A stretch of 47,896 nt of DNA, from NCBI GenBank assembly GCA_038087875.1, contig JAXLNO010000146.1:930001-977896 (forward strand), written 5' to 3'. Positions within the stretch are counted from its first letter, which is position 1. Each line of letters starts with the position of its first letter. A program made the position numbers and the translations under genes. The notes below the pieces were generated by a model. It worked only from the letters and a program-made list of their open reading frames with translations, searched no databases and was not told the DNA's origin. Below, one piece after another: positions 23,757-34,504 of the stretch. The DNA comes from Malacoraja senta (taxonomy: Eukaryota).

Positions 23757-26700
23757 CTAGGCAACATCGCCATAGCGGTCAGGCGGTTTGACCAGACGTC
23801 CCGCCCGGGTTCGCGTCTCGCCATCCACCCTTCCTGGAGGAGGAAGAGGCACCAGCGGGGACAGACGAACCTGAAAGGGAGAAACGGGAGGAAACGGAAG
23901 AGATCGCGGCACCGAAACCGGAGGGGATGCGGGGCCGGGACCGGGGAGAGCGCGGGGAGGCGTGCGAGGACTAGTCGGAGTGTGTTGGAGCGGTGGGGGC
24001 GAAGGAGGAGCAGAGCGAGGCATGCAGGGAATCACAGGCAGGGCAACGGCCGGACGGGAAACAGGCAGCGGGGGAGCAAAGGGATCGGCGGGAGGAGGAC
24101 GCGGCTCGTGGACGAGCCGAAGGTGCTGGCGAGACCGTCGGTAAATGGTCCCAGCGTAGTCGACGAAATAGGACCTGGGCGACCCCGCAGAGCCGACGAC
24201 AGTAGCGAGCTTGGAGTGACCGGGAGTGGTCTGCATACGGACTACTTGACCGGGGAAGAGGGGCGGCAGCGGGTGGCAGGACCTGTCATGGGACCGCTTT
24301 TGGACGTCTTGCCTGAAGGCAATCCGTTTCTGAACCGCCGCAGGTGGAAGGACCGAGGGTATGAGGGATCGCTGGGCCACCGGGAGTGGGAGCCTGGTAG
24401 CGCGAGACAGGAGCCGCTGAGCAGGTGAACCCATGGCAGGGTCGCGAGAGATGTTCCGAAGGCTGAGGAGGGCCAGGTGGAAGTCGGAGTTAATGCCACC
24501 ACACTGTTCCAACAAGTGCTTAGCACTGCGGACCGCGCGCTCGGCCAAACCGTTGCTTTGCGGGTACTCCGGGCTGCTTGTGAAATGGCGAAAGTTCCAT
24601 CTGGAAGCGAACGCTTTAAACTCGGAGCTCGTGAACTGGCTGCCATTGTCCGACTGCAGGCTTGCCGGGGGGCCAAAAGTGCTAAAGTGAGGGTCCAACC
24701 TGTCGATGACGGCCGAAGAGGTCACGGAAGGCAGCCGGTCAACCGCAAACCAGCTGGAGTAGAAGTCAACGAGTACCAGGAAATGTTTGCCCCGCCACTC
24801 GAAAATGTCTGTGGCGAGCGCCATCCAGGGCAGTCCGGGCGCGGGCTGCTGTAGAAGCGGCTGACGCTGCTGATGGGGGGCGCGGCTGTTGCAGGTGGAA
24901 CACGATGAGACCCTCTCCCGGATGTACTTTGCCATATCCGGCCAATAGAACTGTGCCTTGGCGAGAGACAAAGTGGCTTCGGCCCCAGTGTGACCGCGGT
25001 GTGCGACCTGAAAATAGTGGTCGTGCAGCGCCGCGGGCACGACCACTTTGTGACCCTTCACCACCACGCCGTCGTGCAATACGAGCTCGTCCCGAATCAG
25101 GAAGTAGGGCACGGCTCCAGCCGGCAGTGCCGAGCGACGGTCAGGCCAGCCCTGCCGGATGACGGCAGACAGCTGTTGCAGGGCAGGGTCGTTGGTAGTG
25201 TGTTCAACCAGGGATTTCATCTGTGGCGAGGGGACGAAGTTCAATCGTAGTACTAGTAACTCGGACGTTTCGTATTGGTGGCGAGCAGTGGACGTCAGCG
25301 GGGCGCGAGACAACGTGTCGGCTACGAACATATCCTTCCCCTTACGATAAACCACCGTGAACGTGAAACGCTGGAGCTGCAGCAGCATGCGCTGCAGACG
25401 TGATGAGGCCACATGGATCGGTTTGTTGAGGATGGTAACAAGTGGTTGATGGTCAGTTTCAACGGTGAAAGTGTTGCCCACGATGTAGTCCCGGAATTTG
25501 GAGCAGGCAAACAGCACGGCCAGTAGCTCCTTCTCAATCTGCGCGTAGTGCTGTTCGGTGGCGGTCATGGTGCGGGACGCGAATGAGACAGGTATCTGCA
25601 GGCCGTCATGGACCTGGAGGCAGGCGGCACCGAGTCCGAATTGAGAGGCGTCGCAGGTGAGGACAATGGGATGCCGCAGGTCAAAGAACTTGAGCGTGGG
25701 TGTGCTGATCAGTTTAGACTTAAGAATGTCAAATGCCTTCTGATGATTGGGTAACCAAAGCCAGGAAGTGTCCTTTTTGATCAGATCCCTCAGGGGAGCG
25801 CTGAGCTCGCTTAGGTCGGGGATGAACTTCCCCAGGTAGTTTACCAAGCCGAGAAAGCGTTGCAGGCCTGCCACGTTAGTAGGAGGAGGCATCCCTGAGA
25901 TGGCAGTCGTTTTCTGCGGGTCAGGCTTCAGCCCCTCAGCGGTGAATACGTGTCCAACATAGGTGACCTCCGAGACGCGGAATCGGCACTTCTTGGGGTT
26001 CAGTTTCAAGTTGATTTGCCTGGCCCGGTCCAGGATCAGGCAGAGGTTGACATCGTGTTCGGCAACATCCTTACCGTAAACGAGGATGTCGTCAACAATT
26101 ATGGCGCAAGGCAGATCTGAAAACAACTGTTCCATGGTTCGCTGGAATACCTCGCTGGCAGAGTTGATTCCGAAGGGCATTCGGAGGAACCGAAACCTTC
26201 CGTAGGGGGTGGCGAAGGTTGTCAAAATGGACGACCGCTCGTCCAGTGGTATCTGCCAGAATGAACTCTTGGCATCGAGGACCGAAAAGACCGTTGCTGG
26301 ACCAACCCGTGCAGCGACGTCTTCCACCGTTCTCATAGGGTAGTGAGGGCGCCGAATGGCCAGGTTGAGGTCTCTGGGGTTGATGCAGATGCGTATCTCA
26401 CTCATGTCCTTTTTAGCAGCAACAACCATGGAAGAGACCCAGCTGGTGGGCTCGACGACCGCCTTTAGGACGCCCATTTGTACCATACTGTGTAGGGTCG
26501 CCTCCACTTTGTCCCTCATGGCGAAGGAAATACGGTGAGGAGCATGGACCACAGGAACGATCTTATGGTCCACTTCAATCTTGTAGCTGCAGGGTAGTTT
26601 GCCTAGCTTATCATCAAAGCGGTCAGGATACTCGGCCAGCGGGTCCATAAGAGCCCGCACGTGGTGGATGTCCCGGTGGAAGGACACCAGTCCCATTTCC

Positions 26701-26918
26701 TGGCATGCCTGGATCCCCAGCAGGGGAACGCAACTTCGATTGAGGAGAAAGAAGGTGAGGGGCCGAGTGGCCTTCAGTATCTTACAGTGTAGTGTGGCCT
26801 TGCCCACAGGAGTAAGGATCTCCCCACCGTAGGCATGCAGGTTTGAGCTCTGAGAAAATATCTTCTCATTAGTCCTTATCTGGTTGAAAAGAGATGTTGA
26901 CATAACATTGGTAACCGC
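23757..26918 (-). CDS. pol: pol: protease C-terminal half, RT, RNase H, integrase, Pro-rich tail
   Basis: YGRFRFLRMPFGI, IIVDDIL (RT); CDAS..YAQIEKELLA..TDHQPL (RNase H); H-X2-H..CSTC, ATD..SDNG..SNGLAERAV (integrase); terminal TRAGRLVKPPDRY. Confidence 0.93.
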   Translation of the reverse strand, partial: AVTNVMSTSLFNQIRTNEKIFSQSSNLHAYGGEILTPVGKATLHCKILKATRPLTFFLLNRSCVPLLGIQACQEMGLVSFHRDIHHVRALMDPLAEYPDRFDDKLGKLPCSYKIEVDHKIVPVVHAPHRISFAMRDKVEATLHSMVQMGVLKAVVEPTSWVSSMVVAAKKDMSEIRICINPRDLNLAIRRPHYPMRTVEDVAARVGPATVFSVLDAKSSFWQIPLDERSSILTTFATPYGRFRFLRMPFGINSASEVFQRTMEQLFSDLPCAIIVDDILVYGKDVAEHDVNLCLILDRARQINLKLNPKKCRFRVSEVTYVGHVFTAEGLKPDPQKTTAISGMPPPTNVAGLQRFLGLVNYLGKFIPDLSELSAPLRDLIKKDTSWLWLPNHQKAFDILKSKLISTPTLKFFDLRHPIVLTCDASQFGLGAACLQVHDGLQIPVSFASRTMTATEQHYAQIEKELLAVLFACSKFRDYIVGNTFTVETDHQPLVTILNKPIHVASSRLQRMLLQLQRFTFTVVYRKGKDMFVADTLSRAPLTSTARHQYETSELLVLRLNFVPSPQMKSLVEHTTNDPALQQLSAVIRQGWPDRRSALPAGAVPYFLIRDELVLHDGVVVKGHKVVVPAALHDHYFQVAHRGHTGAEATLSLAKAQFYWPDMAKYIRERVSSCSTCNSRAPHQQRQPLLQQPAPGLPWMALATDIFEWRGKHFLVLVDFYSSWFAVDRLPSVTSSAVIDRLDPHFSTFGPPASLQSDNGSQFTSSEFKAFASRWNFRHFTSSPEYPQSNGLAERAVRSAKHLLEQCGGINSDFHLALLSLRNISRDPAMGSPAQRLLSRATRLPLPVAQRSLIPSVLPPAAVQKRIAFRQDVQKRSHDRSCHPLPPLFPGQVVRMQTTPGHSKLATVVGSAGSPRSYFVDYAGTIYRRSRQHLRLVHEPRPPPADPFAPPLPVSRPAVALPVIPCMPRSAPPSPPPLQHTPTSPRTPPRALPGPGPASPPVSVPRSLPFPPVSPFQVRLSPLVPLPPPGRVDGETRTRAGRLVKPPDRYGDVA

Positions 26919-27928
26919 CCCGTGTCGATTTTGGCCGTGAAGGTCGAGTTGTTCACAGTGACTTGCACAGAAGGATCCGTTATCATAGCAGGTGCGTTCA
27001 CCACGGTAAACAAGCTGGTTTCTGCCTGAGAGGAGTTGGATGTAGGAACAGAATGTTCATCGGAATAGTGCTGGGAGCTGAGATCATTATCCGACTGTAG
27101 AAGGTTGTTTAAATTTTGCCTTCGAGCAGCGACAGGCTTCCCACGGGAACGACAGGCTGCAGCAAAATGGTTCAACTTATTACAGGAGTTGCAGTACTTT
27201 CCCAGCGCAGGGCACACATTGAACTGATGAGATGTGAAGTTGCAATTAGGGCACCTTTGCTGGGTGTCTCCCCTTGTGGCACCACCAAACCCCGGGGCGC
27301 GTCCCCCTCGAGCAGCGAGCGACACCGGGGGTCGCGACTGGGGTGCGTTCATGGGATAGCTAGGAGTGCTGGCAAAGTTGATCGCCTGTTCAGCCGGCGG
27401 CGCCGCCGCGGAAACAGCGTCGGCTAAGCGAGTAGCGTGCATTGCATCGGCCAAGGTCAGATCCGGCTTGCGAAGTAGTTCGGACCTGAGCTTCTCATCA
27501 CGTAGACCGTAAACCAGTAGGTCCCTGATGACATTATCTGGGGTCCACGTCTCGAGGCGGCAGCGCCTGCCCAGGTCCCGCAGCGCAATGACATAGTTCT
27601 CAGCCGATTCCCCAGGGAGCTGACGCCGCGCGAACAGTTTAAAACGTTCTAAAATGCAATTAGTAGGAATGTCACAAATAGCGTCAAACTTAGCCAACAG
27701 ACATGCCGGGTCCCGAGCTGATTCTCCAGGAGCGTAGACGAAGAAGTCCGAGCGAGTCAAGGCGTTGGGACCAGCCAAGTTGAGAAGCAGCGAGGCTTTG
27801 AGAGCGTCAGTGGCGCCAGGATGGGCAATCGTGAAATAGTGTTCAAAGTCGCGTTTGAATATGTCCCATCGAAGGGCGATGTCGAAATCGAAAACGAGCG
27901 CATCGGGCTTACAGGCAGAAGAGGCCAT
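26876..27928 (-). CDS. gag: gag with two CCHC zinc knuckles, running into the protease DTG motif
   Basis: MASSACKPD.., ERFKLFARRQ.., CPNCNFTSHQFNVC and CNSCNKLNHFAAAC, AKIDTG. Confidence 0.9.
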   Translation of the reverse strand: MASSACKPDALVFDFDIALRWDIFKRDFEHYFTIAHPGATDALKASLLLNLAGPNALTRSDFFVYAPGESARDPACLLAKFDAICDIPTNCILERFKLFARRQLPGESAENYVIALRDLGRRCRLETWTPDNVIRDLLVYGLRDEKLRSELLRKPDLTLADAMHATRLADAVSAAAPPAEQAINFASTPSYPMNAPQSRPPVSLAARGGRAPGFGGATRGDTQQRCPNCNFTSHQFNVCPALGKYCNSCNKLNHFAAACRSRGKPVAARRQNLNNLLQSDNDLSSQHYSDEHSVPTSNSSQAETSLFTVVNAPAMITDPSVQVTVNNSTFTAKIDTGRLPMLCQHLFSTR

Positions 27929-28013
27929 GACAAAAACAGTTAGGGGGGGAAACAAAAAACTGGGTCAAAATTAAATGATAAACCGATAAACGGGAGGCGC
28001 AAGGTACGTTATT

Positions 28014-28021
28014 TGACACCA
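28014..28021 (-). other. primer-binding site TGGTGTCA (tRNA-Leu-like, short match)
   Basis: immediately follows the 5' LTR on the minus strand; only 8 nt resemble a tRNA 3' end. Confidence 0.65.
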
Positions 28022-28224
28022 TGTAAAGGATTGATATCGAGACATCGTTACTTTACTATCTTTATTCATACTGGACATTATACATTGCACTAGCTGTACG
28101 TGGTCTGTCACAGGAACTAGAGAGCGATCTGTGGGTGTGGAGGTTGTAGTTATACTTGTGATATGGGGAGTGGTTAGTGGGTGTGAGGTCACTATGTTAA
28201 AGGCACATGCATATCTCATCTACA
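28022..28224 (-). repeat. 5' LTR, 203 bp
   Basis: identical to the 3' LTR except that it lacks the G at 23538. Confidence 0.97.
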
Positions 28225-28814
28225 AACACCTTGTCGACTTGCGACTCCTAATCTTGCCATGTATGTTCTCATCCAAATCATTGATATACAAGACAAACAG
28301 TAACAGGCCCAGCACCGAACCCTGAGGCACACCGCTAGTCACAGGCCACCAGTTCGAGAAGCTACCTTCCACCATTACCCTTTGCTTCCTTCCATGAAGC
28401 CAATTTTCTATTCATACGGCTACCTCTCCTTTGATCAATAACTTTCCAGAGCAGCCGACCATGTGATAATCTAACAGACAGACACAGCTATCTCAACTAT
28501 ATGATAGCTGCATTAAAGAGACTTTAAAAAAAGCTTTTAACAAGGCACGTGGATATGTGTAGAACGGAGGGCTATGGATCATGTGCAGGCAGATGAAATT
28601 AGTTTACGTTGGCATCATGTTCGGCACAGACATCGTGGGTCGAAGGGCCTGTTCCTTTGCTGTACTTTGCTGTGTTCTATGTCCACCTCCTCCCAACTGC
28701 TTCCTATAATGAGCCTATTTTATTCCCCCAATTTCACTCTCTCCACTGTATCTCTAGTGATGGTGAACTTTTTCTCGTGGAGAGGAAGAAAATTGCCATG
28801 CGTTGGAGCAAGAT

Positions 28815-29158
28815 GAAGGGTGCAGAGAAGATTTTCAAGGCTGCTGCCAGGACTCGAGGAGCTGAGCTATAGGGAGAGGTTGAGCAGGCTAGGTCTCTCT
28901 TCCTTGGAGCGCAGGAGGATGAGGGGTAATCCTTTCAAAGAGCACAAAATCAAGAGAGGAATAGATTGGGTAGATGCACAGTCTCTTCCCCAGACTAGGG
29001 GAATCGAGAACCAGAGGATATAGGTTTAAGGTGAGGGGGGGAAGATTTAATGGGAACCAGAGGGGTAACATTTTCATACAACGGGTGGTGGGTGTGTGGA
29101 ACGAGCTGCCAGAGGAGGTAGTTGAGGCCGGCATTATCAGAATGTTTAAAAAACATTG
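28815..29158 (+). mobile_element. CR1 3' fragment
   Basis: VQRRFSRLLPGLEELSYRERLSRLGL; GESRTRGYRFKVRG. Confidence 0.8.
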
Positions 29159-29394
29159 AATGTTTGCAATGAACCAGAGGAGAATCAGACTGTACCCTTG
29201 TTTATGGAGAGACCGTTCTGAACCTTGATAATGGAGACATTCCACCCAGTTTCATCAACCACGCACTCCTCCATACAGTTCCCATCTGTCCACCCTACCT
29301 CCCTTATTTGGGGCTCTGTGACAACCATAAGTGTTTGTTCTCTTACCTAACAGTGTGTGTACGGGAAGGAATAAGGTCATATTGTCATCAGTGA

Positions 29395-29985
29395 TATGAG
29401 GAGAATTAGACCATTCAGCCCATCAGGTCTACTCCGCCGTTAAATCATGTTTGGTGTATCTCTCCCTCCTAACCCATTTCCTGCCTTCTCCCCATAACCC
29501 CTGACATCCGTACTAATCAAGAATCTATCTCCATCTTAAAAATATTATTTTTCTTGGCCTCCACAGCATACTGTGGCAAAGAATTCCACAGATTCACCAC
29601 GCTCTAAAAAAAAATTCCTCCCCATTTCCTTCCTAGAGGAATGTTCTTTAATTCTGAGGCTATGACCTCTAGTCCACGACTGTCCCACTAGTGGAAACGT
29701 CCTCTCCAGAGCCACTCAATCCAAGTCTTTCACTATTTGGTAAGTTTCAATGAGGTCCCCCATTCTATACCCCAGTGCCATCAAACGCTCATCACATGTT
29801 ATCCCATTCATTCCTGGGATCCTGCTTGTAAACCTCCTCTGGACCCTCTCCAGAGCCAGCACATCCTTCCTTCCTCAGATATGGTGCCCAAAAATGCTCA
29901 CAATATTCCAAATGCGGCTTGACCAGCACCTTATAGAGCCTCAACATTACATCCCTGTTTTGTATTCTAGCCATCTTTGAAATAA
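29395..29985 (-). mobile_element. CR1 3' fragment
   Basis: DVMLRLYKVLVKPHLEYC on the minus strand. Confidence 0.8.
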
Positions 29986-30659
29986 ATGAAATGAATCTTT
30001 ATAAGACTTTATGAAATGTGGGTTAGGTCAGTGAAGAGTGGTTGAGTAGACCACTACATTCTCTTCAATTAAAAAAAATAAGATGATCTCTTTGGAACTT
30101 TTTGAAGGTGCTTGTTTGGTTGTTGGTATGGTATATGTTTCCTGAGGCAGAGTAGTCCAGACCCAGTCAGACAGAGTATTAGAAAATTGGGCAGGGCATT
30201 TACGACTAAGATAAGAAAACAATCCTTTCTCCTTTTCAGGTGCAACGGATAGAGAAATAAAGGCTTCAGAATTCTCTACCCTGGAAGGCCCTGGAGGTTC
30301 AGGTCTTGTTTATTCAAAAAAGAGATTTGAAGATTTATGTGCCCTAAGAAATTAAGACACATGGAGATTAGGATAGAAAAATGGTGCAGAGGTGGAACAG
30401 TTATATTTTATCGATAGTGAGCAGTCTTGGTATTAGTAGTGGTTTACCATTATCTCATGTATCGAGATATTGTTTCGCAAATTGCCCATGCCATTCATTC
30501 TTTACATGAGTATAATCACACCATACATCCGTACAACGAGCAATGCAAAAAGAGAAAGCGATCTGAATTCAGAATATAATGTTACAGCCACAAATAAAGT
30601 GCAAATTGAAAATGAAAGCTTCAAGGGGCATAACAAGGAAGATTGGAAGATCTGAACTA

Positions 30660-31335
30660 TACCCTGAGCTTATAGGAAAACCATTCAGTAATCTGATAAC
30701 AGCCAGGATGAAGATGTTCTTGAATCAGATGGTACGTGGTTTCAAGCTATTGTATCGATGGGAGCCCGATGGGAGAGAGGAGAAGAGGTAATGACCAGGA
30801 TGTGTGGGCCTTTACCGGAGCAGCGGGAAGTGTAGATGGAATTAATGGCGGGGTGGCTGGTCTGTGTGATGGACTGGGCTGTGTGATGGGCTGGGCTGGT
30901 CTGTGTGATGGACTGGGCTGTGTGATGGACTGCGCTGTGTGATGGACTAGGTTGTGTGATGGACTGGGCTGTGTGATGGACTGGGCTGTGTGATGGACTG
31001 GGCTGTGTGATGGACTGGACTGTGTGATAGACTGGGTTGTGTGATGGACTGGGCTGTGTGATGGACTGGGCTGTGTGATGTACTGGGCTGTGTGATGGAC
31101 TGGGTTGTGTGATGGACTGGGTTGTGTGATGGACTGGGCTGTGTGATGGACTGGGCTGTGTGATGGACTGGGCTGTGTGATGTACTGGGCTGTGTGATGG
31201 ACTGGGTTGTGTGATGGACTGGGCTGTGTGATGGACTGGGCTGAATCCTCAACTCTCTACAATGTCTTCTGGTCTTGGGCAGCACAGTTGTCAAACCCAA
31301 CTCTGATGCACACCAAGAGGATGCTTTTCATGGTG
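30660..31335 (-). mobile_element. Rex1/Babar-like LINE fragment hosting a minisatellite
   Basis: flanks tccatctacacttcccgctg and gtagagagttgaggattcagcccagtcc match the element at 9265-9950. Confidence 0.55.
30862..31243. repeat. 17-bp minisatellite (gtgtgatggactgggct)n, ~22 copies
   Basis: tandem units directly visible. Confidence 0.95.
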
Positions 31336-31611
31336 AATCTTGAGAATATCATTTGGTTCCTATTCCTATTTCCCCCCCATTCAAACCAGTCACCCATATT
31401 TCATTTACCCTGCCGCACCATTTAGTTCTCTGTCTAGGATAGATCCTTTAATCACAATATTACTGCCTTCCTCTGTTGGCTTCTGAACAACTGAATTGCA
31501 CCTTTGTCGGCTGTTATTTTACATGTAGATGGCATCACTTTGGTTCCACTGTGACGCCGGCATAAAATTATGTTCTCTCGCTGCCTTTGAAAGTCAACAA
31601 GAAGTCAAGTC

Positions 31612-32245
31612 TTATTTCAAGAGGGCGAGGAGACAAAAACAGGGATGTGATGCTGAGGCTTTATAAAGCACTGGTCAGGCCGCATTTGGAGAATTGTGAG
31701 CCATTTTTGGCACCATATATGATGTGCTGGCTCTGGACAGGATCCAGAGGAGGGTTACAAGAATGATGACAGGAATGAGTGGGTTAACGTATGATGAGCG
31801 TTTGACGGCACTGAGCCTGTACTCGCTGGAGTTTAGAAGAATAAGGCTGGGTGGGGTGACCACATTGGAATGAACCGAACGGTAAAAGGCTTGGATAGTG
31901 TGAATGAGGTGGGGATGTTTCCACCAGTGGGAGAGTCTAGGACTGGAGGTCATCGCCTCAGAATTAAAGGATGTTCCTGTGGAAAGGAGATGAGACGAAT
32001 TTATTTAGTCAGAGGGTGGTGAATCTGTGGAATTCACTGCCACAGAAGGTTGCGGAGGCCAAGGCAATGGATATTGTTGAAGCAGAGATAGATAGATTCT
32101 TGATTAGTTCGGGTGTCAAGGGTTATGGGGAAAAGCCAGGAGAATGGGGTTGAGGGGGAGAGATAGCTAACCCATGATAAAATGGCGGAGTAGTCTTGAT
32201 GGGCTGAATGGCCTTATTTTGCTCCTATCATTGATGACATGACCT
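31612..32245 (+). mobile_element. degenerate CR1 3' fragment
   Basis: gcactggtcaggccgcatttggag; SQRVVNLWNSLPQK..KGYGEKPGEWG. Confidence 0.8.
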
Positions 32246-32626
32246 TATGAAGTCATCGCTTGACCCCGAATCAAGCATCCCTTGAATGTTGAGCCAGAGG
32301 ATCGGAAGAACAGGTCTGTTTACTAAAATAATACAAATGGATGTGATGAAGAGAGGCAGGCACAGTGGAACAGAGTTAGTGTTTACGCAGGTAAAGTAAG
32401 AAAAGGGGGATAGATAAACCCGGGACTCCGGTTCACGGCTCGGGGTCGTGCGCAGCGCAGTATTGAGCCCCGTACTGCCCAGAGTCATCCTGTTAATTGC
32501 AGTCTCTCGGATCAATGACCGTGCGCGAACCTGACTGTTCATTCAAATGGAAAGAACTGGAGATGTTTGTGAGTTGGAGTGTGCGGAACTGTGATGTAAT
32601 TTGTGGTCCCAGTGGAGAAGGATGAC

Positions 32627-32660
32627 TATAAATCAGGCTGCACGGTGAATCGCTTCAGTG
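32627..32660 (+). promoter_or_regulatory. core promoter of the GPCR: TATAAA (32627-32632) and Inr TCAGT (+1 A at 32657)
   Basis: TATA exactly 30 nt upstream of an Inr-consensus A, which is 54 nt before the ATG. Confidence 0.55.
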
Positions 32661-32710
32661 CGGCATCTGTACCTTTGCCATAGCGAGATCTTGCTCTTAT
32701 CCAGCATAAA

Positions 32711-32780
32711 ATGCAGGGAACAGAGGCGGCTGATGCGACCATCATTTGCTACCCGATTCTTGCAATTATCGGTATCCCAG
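32711..32780 (+). CDS. GPR139-like GPCR, exon 1 (MQGTEAADATIICYPILAIIGIP, phase 1)
   Basis: aaaATG start; CCAG|GTGAGT donor; splices in frame to 33554. Confidence 0.85.
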
Positions 32781-33040
32781 GTGAGTTGTTTTGTTGCCAC
32801 CTCCGTCGCTTTACTTCTGATTATCTGTATTCAGGAGTATCTCCTCTTTTGAGTTTCAGTCTAGTTTCTTGTCACGTGTAGCGAGGTACAGTGAAAAGCC
32901 TTTCTTGCGTGTTAACCAGTCAGCGGAATGACAATGCATGATTACAGCCGAGCCATCCACAGTGTACAAATACATGATACAGATAATAACGTGAATAACG
33001 TACAGTGCAAGATAAAGTCCAGTAAAGTCCGGTCAAAGCT

Positions 33041-33270
33041 ATGTGTAGGGAGGAACTACAGATGCTGGTTTAAACCGGTCAGACTAGAAAAGCTGAAGTA
33101 AATCGGCGGGTCAGGCAGCATCTGTGGAGAAAAGGAATAACTGACGTATTCGGGTCGAAACCCTTCTTCAGACTGAGAGTCAGGGGGAAATTGAACGAGA
33201 GATAGAGACGGTATTTAGGACACATGAATGGTAGGAATGCCTAATCATTTTCTCCAGAGATGCTGTCTGT
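33041..33270. mobile_element. Penelope-associated repeat inserted in the GPCR intron
   Basis: aggaactacagatgctggtttaaacc...cccttcttcagact; splits the (TAAAC)-tail repeat. Confidence 0.65.
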
Positions 33271-33553
33271 CTGATCAAAGATAGTCCGAGGGTCTCCAAT
33301 GATGTAGAAAGTAGCTATGAAGCTACAACCTGACTCTTAGACCCAATGCCCGATCGATGAAGGCAATTGGTCTGTTGTTGAATATCCAACATCGTTCCCC
33401 TTCACACAGCCAATGATGTCGGCCCTGCAATATTGACGGCAGCAGTTACAATGTTCCCGGTTAGGTTATTCCCAGCGTTCCCGTGACCAAAGACACGTTC
33501 TCGATGCTGAGGGGCTCTCTCTGGTAATGACCTGCCTTGTCATCTTGTTACAG

Positions 33554-34455
33554 CAAACGTTCTCTCTCTCGTGGTCCTGTCCCGGAGAATGTGCGGCCTC
33601 TCCAAAGTGGTCATCCGTTACATGCTAACTATGGCAGTCGCAGACACAATGGTCTGTATATTTAACGTCATCGTCAGAAACGTCCTCAGCTATCATTTTC
33701 CGGATTCGTACCTCGCATACACCTGTACGTGTCGTCTGACATCCTTTATACAAATATCCTGCGTGCAATTCTCCGTCTGGTCCACAGTGTCATTCACAGT
33801 CGACCGCTTCTTCGCCATTTGTTGCCAGAAATTAAAATCAAAATACTGCACCGAGAGAACAGCCGCAATGATTCTAACGACAGTGTGTTTGTGCAGCTTT
33901 TTGATCCATATTCCAGTTTATTTTCGGTATGAGCCCAGCTATATTGCCGGTGATATACGATGGGGCTGCCGTATAGTTACGGAGTATGCTTCTTCGCCTG
34001 CATGGAAGACGTACAAATGGGTCTCCAAAATGTTGGTACCACTGCTGCCACTGCCGCTGGTACTGCTGTTAAATTCACTGACCGTCGGGCACATTGTACA
34101 GGCCAGTCGAATTCGCAGCGCCCTGAAGCGCCGCGTGGACGGTAATATCTGTGATCCTGAGATCAGAAACCGAAGAACTTCAATTATTCTGTTATTTGCC
34201 ATCTCGGGGAGCTTCACTGCGCTGTGGACTTCGGTTATGATACTCGACTTGTGTTTTGAAGTCCCGCAGAGTTTTGCGGTCAACGCCCCGAGGTCCCTTT
34301 ATCTTGCGATTAGAATAGCGCTTCTGCTAATGTATTTGAGTTCCTGTACAAACACTTGTATTTATGCACTTGTCCAGAGGAGGTTCCGGGAGGAAGCGAA
34401 GAAAGTGATAGCATATCCATTTATTATTATTGTCCGGTTTTTAAAAAGAAATTAG
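33554..34455 (+). CDS. GPR139-like class A GPCR, exon 2 (complete protein 323 aa)
   Basis: ttgttacAG acceptor; GIPAN (TM1), MAVAD (TM2), DRF..ICC (TM3), TM5 LVPLLP, TM7 NTCIY, helix 8 RRFREE; 70 + 902 nt = 972 nt. Confidence 0.9.
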
Positions 34456-34504
34456 ATCGTTGAATCGAAGCTCGTTGCCTGGTTTCTTGCTTTACCAGCC
34501 GTGT

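Larger units (their letters stand above)
23484..28224 (-). mobile_element. full-length Ty3/Gypsy (Mag/K02A2.6-like) LTR retrotransposon, 4741 bp
   Basis: paired TGTA..TACA LTRs, 5-bp TSD AACAC (23479-23483; 28225-28229), PBS, PPT, gag-PR-RT-RH-IN order. Confidence 0.97.
23231..28465 (-). mobile_element. older CR1 host element, split by the LTR retrotransposon (remnants 23231-23483 and 28225-28465)
   Basis: gcctttttgAACAC|cttgtcgacttgcgact rejoins across the TSD; ggtgtgcctcagggttcggtgctgggcc (GVPQGSVLG) near 28305-28335. Confidence 0.75.

Noticed and set aside
23962..27427. Plus-strand ORFs inside the Gypsy element; possible env or chromodomain
   Set aside because: GC-rich antisense shadows; only ~70 nt lie between the pol stop and the LTR, and the pol tail is Pro-rich with no chromodomain
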